The position numbers and the translations under genes are program-made. A stretch of DNA of 64,000 nucleotides from Anaeromyxobacteraceae bacterium (GTDB lineage: Bacteria; Myxococcota; Myxococcia; Myxococcales; Anaeromyxobacteraceae). Below are positions 30,857-38,992 of the stretch, piece by piece; positions within the stretch are counted from its first letter, which is position 1, and each line of letters begins with the position of its first letter. A model generated the notes under the pieces. That model did not search any database. It was not told the DNA's origin and was given only the letters and a program-made list of their open reading frames with translations. The DNA lies in contig JAULAX010000017.1 of NCBI GenBank assembly GCA_032654565.1, positions 192,001 through 256,000 on the forward strand, given 5' to 3'.

Positions 30857-31165
30857 TCACGCCGGGCCCCCGGTCGAGCCGACGCGGATGTCCAGGCCGG
30901 GCGCGGCGACGCGGCCGAGCCGGGCGTTGACCCGGGCGCAGAGCTCGCCGGAGAGCGCCTCGACCTGCGCCGCCCAGGCGGCGTCGGTGACCACCACCAG
31001 CAGCCGCCCGTCGCGCATGACGCCCCGGAAGGAGGCCGAGCGGCTCAGCCGCCGGCCGCAGGCCTCGACGAAGGCCGCGGCGATGGCCGCCTCGCCGGTC
31101 TCGCGGTGGCGCCCCAGCACCTCGGCCAGCGCCGTCGCCACCGATTTCCGCTGTCCGCGCTTCAT
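30857..31165 (-). CDS. DciA/DUF721-like protein
   Basis: GRLLVVVTDAAWAAQVEALSGELCARVNARLG. Confidence 0.7.
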   Translation of the reverse strand: MKRGQRKSVATALAEVLGRHRETGEAAIAAAFVEACGRRLSRSASFRGVMRDGRLLVVVTDAAWAAQVEALSGELCARVNARLGRVAAPGLDIRVGSTGGPA

Positions 31166-31304
31166 GTTGCGAAGCTAGAGGCCGGGGGCGTGGCCGTCAA
31201 GGCGCCGCCGGGATCGGCGCGCTGGAGCGCAGGTGCGGCAAGGGGTCGCGCGGGGTCGCAGCGCTCGTGTGCTGTGCTACCTTCGGGTGCGGTCCCCTCA
31301 GGAA

Positions 31305-32678
31305 ATGACGTCTACGACCCCAAAGCGCAACGCGCTGGTACGCGCACTCTCGGTCATGCCGAGGTCGACCTCGTCGGCGGCGGGCGACGCCCTGGCCGAG
31401 GGCGGCCGGCTCAAGCTCTCCTGGCTGGTGCAGCTCCACTGGTGGGCCATCCTCGGGCAGGTGCTGATCGTCGGCCTGGCCGAGATCTGGACCGAGTTCG
31501 ACCTGCCGGTCCCGCACATCATGGCGCTGCTCACCGCCGAGGTGATCGGCAATCTGGTGCTGCGCTCCTGGGCCCGCACCGCCCACGTCACCGAGTCGAT
31601 GATGGCCACGGTGATGGTGCTCGACGCCGCCGTCCTGACGCTGCTGCTCGACCTGACCGGGGGCGCCTCCAACCCGTACTCCACGCTCTACCTGGTCAAC
31701 GTGGCGCTGGCCGCGGTGCTGCTGCCGGGGCGCTGGTCCTGGGTGCTGATGGCGGTGACCCTGGCCGGCTTCGCCTGGCTCTTCCTCCACGAGCTGATGA
31801 CCGGCTCCGCCCACCACGTGCGCTTCGGCATGTCCCCGGAGCAGGTGCTGGTGGCCCACGTCCGCGCCTCCTGGGTGGCCCTGGCGCTGGCCGCCATCTT
31901 CATCGTCTACTTCGTGCGGCGGGTGGCGCTGGCGCTGGCCGACCGCGAGCGGGAGCTGCAGCACACCCGGGCCAAGGCGGAGCGGCGCGAGAAGCTGGCC
32001 TCGCTGGCGACGCTGGCGGCGGGGGCGGCCCACGAGCTCTCCACGCCGCTCTCCACCATCACCGTGGTGGCCAAGGAGCTGCAGCGCAACCTCACCGCCG
32101 CGGTCAGCGACGACGTGGCCCGCGACCTGAAGCTGATCCGCGACCAGGTGGCCCGCTGCCGGGAGATCCTCGACCGCATGGCCGGCCACGCCGGCGAGCA
32201 GGTGGGCGAGCCGCTGCGCAGCCAGGCGGTGGCCGAGTGGGTGGCGGCCGCCTTCGACGGGCTGCAGGGGCGGGAGCGGGTCCTGCAGGAGCGGGCGCCG
32301 GGGATCGACGGCGTGCCGCTGGTCGGCCCGCCGCGGGCGCTGGCCGACGCCCTCCGCGGCCTGCTCAAGAACGCGCTGCAGGCCTCGGACACCGCCTCCA
32401 CCGTGACCCTGCGGCTGGAGTCCACGGTGCGGGGGCTGGTCCGGGCCACCGTCATCGACCAGGGCCGGGGCATGTCACCGGAGGTGCTGGCCCGGGTGGG
32501 CGAGCCCTTCTTCACCACCAAGGTGCCCGGCGAGGGGATGGGGCTCGGCCTCTTCCTGACCCGGGCCCTCGCCGAGCAGCTGGGCGGCGAGCTCCACATC
32601 ACCTCGAGTCCCGAGCACGGGACCGAGGCACGTCTCGAACTGCCGGCCGCGACGGCCGACGAGAGGAGCACCGCATGA
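31305..32678 (+). CDS. RegB/PrrB-like sensor histidine kinase
   Basis: TM domain with LTGGASNPY, H-box AAGAAHELSTPL, DQGRGM, GEPFFTTK, GMGLGL. Confidence 0.88.
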   Translation: MTSTTPKRNALVRALSVMPRSTSSAAGDALAEGGRLKLSWLVQLHWWAILGQVLIVGLAEIWTEFDLPVPHIMALLTAEVIGNLVLRSWARTAHVTESMMATVMVLDAAVLTLLLDLTGGASNPYSTLYLVNVALAAVLLPGRWSWVLMAVTLAGFAWLFLHELMTGSAHHVRFGMSPEQVLVAHVRASWVALALAAIFIVYFVRRVALALADRERELQHTRAKAERREKLASLATLAAGAAHELSTPLSTITVVAKELQRNLTAAVSDDVARDLKLIRDQVARCREILDRMAGHAGEQVGEPLRSQAVAEWVAAAFDGLQGRERVLQERAPGIDGVPLVGPPRALADALRGLLKNALQASDTASTVTLRLESTVRGLVRATVIDQGRGMSPEVLARVGEPFFTTKVPGEGMGLGLFLTRALAEQLGGELHITSSPEHGTEARLELPAATADERSTA

Positions 32679-33232
32679 CCCAGAACGCCGAAGTGGGACG
32701 CGACAGCCTTCCCAGCATCCTGCTGGTGGACGATGACGAGGTGCTGCGGGAGCGGCTGGCCCAGGCCATCCGGGCGCGCGGCTACGAGGTCAAGACCGCC
32801 GGCAACGCCGCCGAGGCGCTCCGCGAGGCGGCGCTGGAGTCGCCGGAGATGGCGGTGCTCGACCTGAAGATGCCGGGCATGTCCGGCCTGGAGCTGCTGC
32901 GCGAGCTGCGCCAGCAGGACCCCGCCACCCGGGTGCTGATGCTGACCGGCTACGGCAGCATCGCCACCGCGGTGGCCGCGGTGCGCGAGGGGGCGGTGGG
33001 GTACCTGCCCAAGCCGGCCGACGCCGACGAGATCCTCGCCGCGCTCATGGGCAAGGACACCACCGCGCCCAAGTCGGGGGCGGAGACGCCCTCGCTGGCC
33101 CGCGCCGAGTGGGAGCACATCCAGCGGGTCCTCACCGACTGCGGCAACAACATCTCCGAGGCAGCGCGCCGGCTCGGCATCCACCGCCGCTCGCTGCAGC
33201 GCAAGCTGCACAAGTACCCGCCCTCCCGATAG
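32675..33232 (+). CDS. RegA/PrrA-like response regulator
   Basis: LLVDDD, VLDLKMP, LTGYGSIATAV, SLARAEWEHIQRVL..NISEAARRLGIHRRSLQRKL. Confidence 0.92.
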   Translation: MTQNAEVGRDSLPSILLVDDDEVLRERLAQAIRARGYEVKTAGNAAEALREAALESPEMAVLDLKMPGMSGLELLRELRQQDPATRVLMLTGYGSIATAVAAVREGAVGYLPKPADADEILAALMGKDTTAPKSGAETPSLARAEWEHIQRVLTDCGNNISEAARRLGIHRRSLQRKLHKYPPSR

Positions 33233-33712
33233 CTCCCCACACCACCCTTCACCAGCGCCACCTGGCGCCACCCGGCGCCCAGGTGGTCCAGGAACCTCCG
33301 TTTCGACGAGGGGTCGGGTGGGTGCTTTCGCCGCTGGGTCGGTGCGGACCGGCGCCGGGGCGAGTCGGCCCTCTCCTTCCAGTGCCGCTCCGCCTCCATC
33401 CCGCAGGCCTGCCAGTGCGTGGCCCGCTGCGACGCCCTCCTCGCCGGCGAGGGGCAGGAGAATCCTCGCTTCGAGTGCACCCAGGCCTGCACCACCCGGG
33501 GGCTCTCCGCCATCGGCGAGTGCCGCCGCTCCGGCCTGGTCCCGGCTCCGGCTCCGGCGCTGGCCTCCCGCTGAACGGGCGTTGATCCGGCCGGGGGAGC
33601 CTTCCGGTGGCCACCACCCTTTCGCCGCGGCCGCGAACCCTTTCCGGCGTTATGGGTTCTCACGGGTGTGGACGCCCAGGGCCGAATGGACGGCGGGCGC
33701 CGGGAGCGCGTG

Positions 33713-34120
33713 ATGAGCGTGGCGACGAGCGCGGTGGCGGGCGGCAGGACCGTCGAGGTCACCGGCGAGAACTTCAAGCAGATCGTGGAGCGCGACGGCA
33801 TCGTCCTGCTCGACTGGTGGGCGGCCTGGTGCGGCCCGTGCCGGTCCTTCGCCCCGACCTTCGAGAAGGCGGCGGCGGCCCACCCGGACCTGGTCTTCGG
33901 CAAGGTCGACACCGAGGCCCAGCAGGAGCTGGCCGGGTCGTTCCAGATCCGCTCCATCCCCACGCTGATGATCCTGCGCGACCAGGTGCTGCTCTTCTCG
34001 CAGCCCGGGGCGCTGCCGGCGGCGGCGCTGGAGGACATCATCACGCAGGTCCGCGCCCTCGACATGGACAAGGTCCGGGCCGAGATCGCCGCGCAGGAGA
34101 AGCAGGCGGAGGGGGCGTAG
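33713..34120 (+). CDS. Thioredoxin
   Basis: WAAWCGPCR, IRSIPTL. Confidence 0.93.
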   Translation: MSVATSAVAGGRTVEVTGENFKQIVERDGIVLLDWWAAWCGPCRSFAPTFEKAAAAHPDLVFGKVDTEAQQELAGSFQIRSIPTLMILRDQVLLFSQPGALPAAALEDIITQVRALDMDKVRAEIAAQEKQAEGA

Positions 34121-34237
34121 TCCCGGCCTCGCGCCGTGGGCGCGAACCCCGAGGCGCTTCGCGGCGACGGACCTTCGCGAAGGTGATGGGACGCGCTTCT
34201 CGCGCGTCCTGGGTTGCGCGGGCTGAAGCCCGCGCGA

Positions 34238-34296
34238 CAGACCGGCTTGATACCTGAACGGGCGCGCAGTAGCGTCGCCTGGTCGGAGCCGGTCCA
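34238..34296 (+). promoter_or_regulatory. SOS promoter with LexA box, copy 1 (imuA)
   Basis: TTGATA(34247)-N17-TAGCGT(34270). Spacer holds CTGAACGGGCGCGCAG, whose reverse complement matches the Myxococcus LexA consensus CTRHAMRYBYGTTCAGS with one mismatch. Confidence 0.8.
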
Positions 34297-34298
34297 CC

Positions 34299-34940
34299 AT
34301 GTCCCTCGTCGATCCCACCCCCGCCCTGCTCGCGCGCCTCCGCGACGAGATCACGCGCATCGAGCGCCGGCCGGCCCGGCGCCAGGGGCAGCTGGCCTGC
34401 GGGCTCGAGCCGGTCGACGCGCTGCTGCCGGGCGGCTTCCCCTGCGGCGCCCTCTCCGAGCTGCGCGGCGGGGCCTCGAGCGGCAAGACGGCGGTGGCCC
34501 TCTCCACCATCGCCCGGCTCCCGCGCGGCGCGCTGGCAGCCTTCGTCGACGGGCGCGGCGAGCTCTACCCGCCGGCCGCGGCGGCGCTCGGCGTCGACCT
34601 GGAGCGGCTGCTCATCGTCCGCCCCCCCGGCGGCGAGGAGGGGTTCCGGCTGGCGCTCTGGGCCGCCGAGGCGCTGCTCGGCTCCGGGGCCTTCGCCGCG
34701 GTGGTCGTCGACGTGCCGCGTGGCCGCCCCTTCCGCGGCGCCGAGACGGCGCTGCGGCGGCTGGTGACGGCGGCGGAGCAGGGCGGCTCGGTGGGGCTCT
34801 GGCTCTCGTCGCCCGGGGCGACGCTGCGGCCGCCGGCGCTGGTGCGGCTCGAGCTGCGCAGCGACCACGGCCGGGTGGTGGCGCGGCGGGCCGATGGGCC
34901 GGGCGCGGTGGCGCGGGCGGGGGCGGTCCAGGTGGCGTGA
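34299..34940 (+). CDS. imuA: ImuA (RecA-like mutasome component)
   Basis: CGLEPVDALLPGGFPCGALSELRGGASSGKT, FVDGRGELYPPA, LWAAEALLGSGAFAAVVVD. Confidence 0.85.
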   Translation: MSLVDPTPALLARLRDEITRIERRPARRQGQLACGLEPVDALLPGGFPCGALSELRGGASSGKTAVALSTIARLPRGALAAFVDGRGELYPPAAAALGVDLERLLIVRPPGGEEGFRLALWAAEALLGSGAFAAVVVDVPRGRPFRGAETALRRLVTAAEQGGSVGLWLSSPGATLRPPALVRLELRSDHGRVVARRADGPGAVARAGAVQVA

Positions 34941-35016
34941 GCGCCCGATCGGCGCGGGCAGGGGCAGCGCCGGTCCAGCCTTTACACGGATCGTCCGGAT
35001 CGCTAGGGTTCGCCAC

Positions 35017-37044
35017 ATGCGCGCCATTCTCACTGGATGTGTCGCTGCCCTCTGCGCCTGCACCGCGCCGGCCCCCTCCGTCCGACCCGCGCCGCCTGGG
35101 GCCGCCGCCACGCCGCCCGCGGTCGCCCCGCCGCCCGCACCGCCACCGGCCGAGCGGCTCGCCGCCGACACGGCGAAGAGCACCGTGGAGGGGGCCACCT
35201 TCATCGCCCCGGCCGGCTGGTCGATCGCCGTGCGCGGCCCGGCCACCATCCTCGAGGTGCCGGAGGGGGGCTCCTTCATCGCCCTCATCGACGTCCACGC
35301 GCCGGACGCCGACGCCGCCCTGGCCGCCGCCTGGGCTGTATACAAGCCCGGTCCAGGCTGGCCGCTCAAGGTGGTCACCGAGGCCCCGGACAAGGACGGC
35401 TGGACCAACCGCCGGGCGTACGACTACCAGACCTCTCCCAACGAGAAGCGCGACGTCGCCGTCTACGTGCGGCGCGCCGGCGACACCTGGACCGTGGCCG
35501 TCTACGACATGGACCAGGCGGTCGGCGAGAAGCGGGGCGCGGCGGTCTCGCTGATCTTCGGCCGGCTCCTCCCCAAGGGCTACGCCCGGGAGTCCTTCGC
35601 TGGCAAGAAGGCACACCGGCTCGACGCGGCGAGGCTGGCCAAGCTCAACGCCTGGGTCGAGACCGCCATGAAGGAACTGGGCGTGCCGGGCGTGGCCATC
35701 GGCCTGGTGCAGGATGGGAAGACGGTCTTCGCCGGCGGCTTCGGCGTGCGCGAGCTGGGCAAGCCAAAGAAGCCGGACGCCGACACGCTCTTCATGATCG
35801 CCTCCAACACCAAGGCGCTCACCACGCTGATGCTGGCCAAGCTGGTCGACGAGAAGAAGCTCGGCTGGGAGACCCCGGTCACCAGCCTGCTGCCGAGCTT
35901 CAAGCTGGGCGACCCGGAGACGACGCGACTGGTCCAGGTGAAGCACCTGATCTGCGCCTGCACCGGCCTGCCGCGCCAGGACATGGAGTGGCTCTTCCAG
36001 TTCCAGGGCGTGACGCCTGCCGGGGCCTTGGCCACGCTGGCCACCATGCAGCCGACCAGCAAGTTCGGCGAGATGTTCCAGTACTCCAACCCCATGGCCG
36101 GCGCCGGCGGCTTCACCGGCGGGCACGTCCTCTACCCGAAGCTGGAGCTCGGGGCGGCCTACGACGAGGCGATGCGGACCCGCGTCTTCGAGCCGCTCGG
36201 CATGAAGGCCACCACCTTCGACTACGCCAGGGCGCTCAAGGGGAACCACGCCACCGCCCACGCCCCGGACATCGACGGGCGGCCGGCCAAGGCGCTCATG
36301 GAGGTCAACTACGCGGTCATCCCGCTGCGGCCGGCCGGCGCGGCCTGGAGCAGCATCCGCGACATGCTGAAGTACGTCTCGGCCGAGCTCGCCGAAGGCG
36401 TGCTGCCGAACGGCAAGCGCTACATCGCCAAGGCGCCACTCCTGGAGCGACGCGCGCCGCAGGTCTCCATCGGCAAGGACACCACCTACGGCATGGGGCT
36501 CATGGTGGACACGAAGTACGGCATCCCGGTGGTGCACCACGGGGGCGACATGATCGGCTTCCACAGCGATATGCTCTGGCTCCCGGAGCACGGCGTCGGC
36601 GCGGTGATCCTGACCAATGCCGACCCGGGCTGGATCCTGCGCACGCTCTACCAGCGCAAGCTGCTCGAGGTGCTCTTCGACGGCAGGCCGGAGGCCGACG
36701 CCGACCTGGGCGCGCAGGCCAGGACCTTCTTCCAGCAGCTGGCCGCCGAGCGGAAGCTGCTCACCGTTCCGGCGGATCCGGTCGAGGCCGGCAAGCTGGC
36801 CGGGCGGTACGCCAACGACGCGCTCGGTGAGATCGCCGTGCGCCAGGCCGGCGGCGTCACCACCTTCGACTTCGGCGAGTGGCGGAGCGAGGTGGCCAGC
36901 CGCACGAACCCGGACGGCACCGTCTCCTTCATCACCACCGTGCCGGGCATGAGCGGCGTCGAGCTGGTCGTCGGCGGCGGGGGTGCGAAGCGCACGCTCA
37001 TCACCCGGGATGCCCAGCACGAGTACGTCTTCGAGGAGCGGTGA
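35017..37044 (+). CDS. Beta-lactamase class C/serine hydrolase family lipoprotein
   Basis: Lipoprotein-like signal MRAILTGCVAALCAC; SxxK (IASNTK), YxN (FQYSN), HxG (HHGG). Confidence 0.88.
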   Translation: MRAILTGCVAALCACTAPAPSVRPAPPGAAATPPAVAPPPAPPPAERLAADTAKSTVEGATFIAPAGWSIAVRGPATILEVPEGGSFIALIDVHAPDADAALAAAWAVYKPGPGWPLKVVTEAPDKDGWTNRRAYDYQTSPNEKRDVAVYVRRAGDTWTVAVYDMDQAVGEKRGAAVSLIFGRLLPKGYARESFAGKKAHRLDAARLAKLNAWVETAMKELGVPGVAIGLVQDGKTVFAGGFGVRELGKPKKPDADTLFMIASNTKALTTLMLAKLVDEKKLGWETPVTSLLPSFKLGDPETTRLVQVKHLICACTGLPRQDMEWLFQFQGVTPAGALATLATMQPTSKFGEMFQYSNPMAGAGGFTGGHVLYPKLELGAAYDEAMRTRVFEPLGMKATTFDYARALKGNHATAHAPDIDGRPAKALMEVNYAVIPLRPAGAAWSSIRDMLKYVSAELAEGVLPNGKRYIAKAPLLERRAPQVSIGKDTTYGMGLMVDTKYGIPVVHHGGDMIGFHSDMLWLPEHGVGAVILTNADPGWILRTLYQRKLLEVLFDGRPEADADLGAQARTFFQQLAAERKLLTVPADPVEAGKLAGRYANDALGEIAVRQAGGVTTFDFGEWRSEVASRTNPDGTVSFITTVPGMSGVELVVGGGGAKRTLITRDAQHEYVFEER

Positions 37045-37284
37045 CGGTGCCATGGCAGAAGGTCGGCGGGAGCCGGCCGGGCTGAATGGCGCGTGGATGT
37101 CCAGGCGGCGGGACTGGCGCCGGGCCAGCTCCGGGCCGGATCGCCTCACCCGATAGAACGCCTGGCCTCCCCCATTGGCGATTCCCGACGTCAGAACTCG
37201 CGAAGGAGGGACCGCGTTCGGGTTGCTGGGAGCGCCAGCACACCTCCCACCGGGAGTTCCGCGCACCTCCCCCAAGGAGATTGT

Positions 37285-37343
37285 CAGACCGGCTTGATAA
37301 CTGAACGGACGAGCAGTAGCGTCGTCTGTCCGGAGCCGGTCCA
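37285..37343 (+). promoter_or_regulatory. SOS promoter with LexA box, copy 2 (imuB)
   Basis: TTGATA(37294)-N17-TAGCGT(37317); box CTGAACGGACGAGCAG; 53/59 identical to copy 1. Confidence 0.8.
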
Positions 37344-38992
37344 TGCCACGCGCAGCCTCCACCCTCGCACTCGACATCCCGCCGGCCGGGCCACGCCTGC
37401 TGGCGCTCTGGCTGCCCGGGCTGCCGCTGCAGCGGCTGGGGCGGAGCCGGGAGCTGAGCGGCGACCGGCCGGTGGCGGTGGTGGACGAGGGGCGGGTGCG
37501 CTGCTGCGACGGGGCCGCGCGCGCGGCCGGGGTCCGGCCCGGCGACACCCTGGCCGAGGCGCTGGCCGCCTGCGGCCGGCTCCTGGCCGTCCCCCACGCC
37601 CCGGCCGCCGACCTGGCCGCGCTGCGGGCGCTGGCCGAGGCGCTGCTGGCGGTGGCGCCGGCGGTGGAGGTGGCCGCCCCCGACGCGCTGCTGCTCGACG
37701 CCAGCGCCGCCCACCTGCTGCACGGCGCCGAGGCCGAGCCGGAGCGGCGGCTCCTGGCCCGGGCCCGCGAGCTGGCCGGCGAGCTCGGCTTCACCGTCCG
37801 GGCGGCGGTGGCCTGCGGGCGGGGGCCGGCGCTGGCGCTGGCCCGGCACGGCGCGGAGGAGGCGTCCGGGGCCGAGCCGCGGTGGGTGGCGCCGGGAGAG
37901 GAGGCGCTGGCGCTGGCGCCGCTGCCGCTCGAGGCGCTCGGGCTCGGGCCGGCGGTGGTGGCGAAGCTGGGGGCGGTCGGCGTGGCCTGCGTCGGTGAGC
38001 TGGCCCGGCTGCCGGTGGAGGGGCTGGCGCTCCGCTTCGGCGCGGCCGGGGCGGCGGCGGCGCGGCTGGCCCGCGGCGAGGACGCCACGCCGCTGGTCCC
38101 GTACCTGCCGGCCACGCTCCCCGAGGAGGCCATCGAGCTGGAGGGGCCGGCCGACGGCGCCGAGCCGGTCCTCTTCGTGCTGAAGAGGCTGGCCGACCGG
38201 GTGGCGGCGCGGCTCGCCGGCCGTGGCCTCGGGGCCAGCCGGCTCACCGTGACGCTCAAGCTCGACCCGCGCGGCGAGGAGCGGCTCTCCATCCCGCTGG
38301 CGCAGCCCTCGGCCTCGGGGGCCCGCTGGCTGCTGGCGTCGCGCGACCGGCTCATGGCGCTGCGGCTCCCCGGGGCGGTGGTCGGGGTCCGGCTGGCCGC
38401 GGTCGAGGTGGCGGTGGTGCGCGAGGCGCAGCTGGCGCTCGGCGACCGGCCCGAGGCCCAGGCGGCGCTGGAGACGGTGCTGGCGCGCCTCTCCGGCCGG
38501 CTCGGCGACGGCGCGGTGGTGGCGGCCGAGCCGGTGGCCCGCTACCGCCCCGAGGCGGCCTGGCACCCGGTGAAGTTCTCCGCGTCGGCGCGGCAGCCCG
38601 GGGCGCTGGCGCGCCCGTCCGGCCCGGAGGCGCGGCCACCCGGGGCGCGGCGCGGCGCGGAGGACGAGGAGGCGGGGCGGGGGGCGCGGACCAGGCGGGC
38701 AGGGGAGGAGGCGAGGCCGGAGGAGGCGCCGGCGCCACGGCCGACCCGGCTGCTCAGCGAGCCGCGGCCGCTGGTGGCCACCGGCGAGGGGGGGCGGGTG
38801 AGCGCGGTGCGGCTCGGGGCCGAGGTGCACGCCGTCCTCTCCTTCGAGGGGCCGGAGCGGCTGCGCGGCGAGTGGTGGAGCGCCCCCTTCGACCGCGACT
38901 ACTACCGGGCCCGCGTCGAGGGGCTGGGCGACTGCTGGATCTACCGGGACGGGGCCGACGGCCGGCTCCACCTCCACGGCTTCTTCGACTGA
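37343..38992 (+). CDS. imuB: ImuB (Y-family polymerase-like)
   Basis: LALWLPGLPLQ, GVRPGDTLAEA, RPTRLL, GPERLRGEWW..DRDYY, LHGFFD. Confidence 0.9.
   Translation: MPRAASTLALDIPPAGPRLLALWLPGLPLQRLGRSRELSGDRPVAVVDEGRVRCCDGAARAAGVRPGDTLAEALAACGRLLAVPHAPAADLAALRALAEALLAVAPAVEVAAPDALLLDASAAHLLHGAEAEPERRLLARARELAGELGFTVRAAVACGRGPALALARHGAEEASGAEPRWVAPGEEALALAPLPLEALGLGPAVVAKLGAVGVACVGELARLPVEGLALRFGAAGAAAARLARGEDATPLVPYLPATLPEEAIELEGPADGAEPVLFVLKRLADRVAARLAGRGLGASRLTVTLKLDPRGEERLSIPLAQPSASGARWLLASRDRLMALRLPGAVVGVRLAAVEVAVVREAQLALGDRPEAQAALETVLARLSGRLGDGAVVAAEPVARYRPEAAWHPVKFSASARQPGALARPSGPEARPPGARRGAEDEEAGRGARTRRAGEEARPEEAPAPRPTRLLSEPRPLVATGEGGRVSAVRLGAEVHAVLSFEGPERLRGEWWSAPFDRDYYRARVEGLGDCWIYRDGADGRLHLHGFFD

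Noticed and set aside
38580..38740. Low-complexity insertion in ImuB
   Set aside because: Falls in the variable linker before RPTRLL; no inverted ends or copy elsewhere in the window
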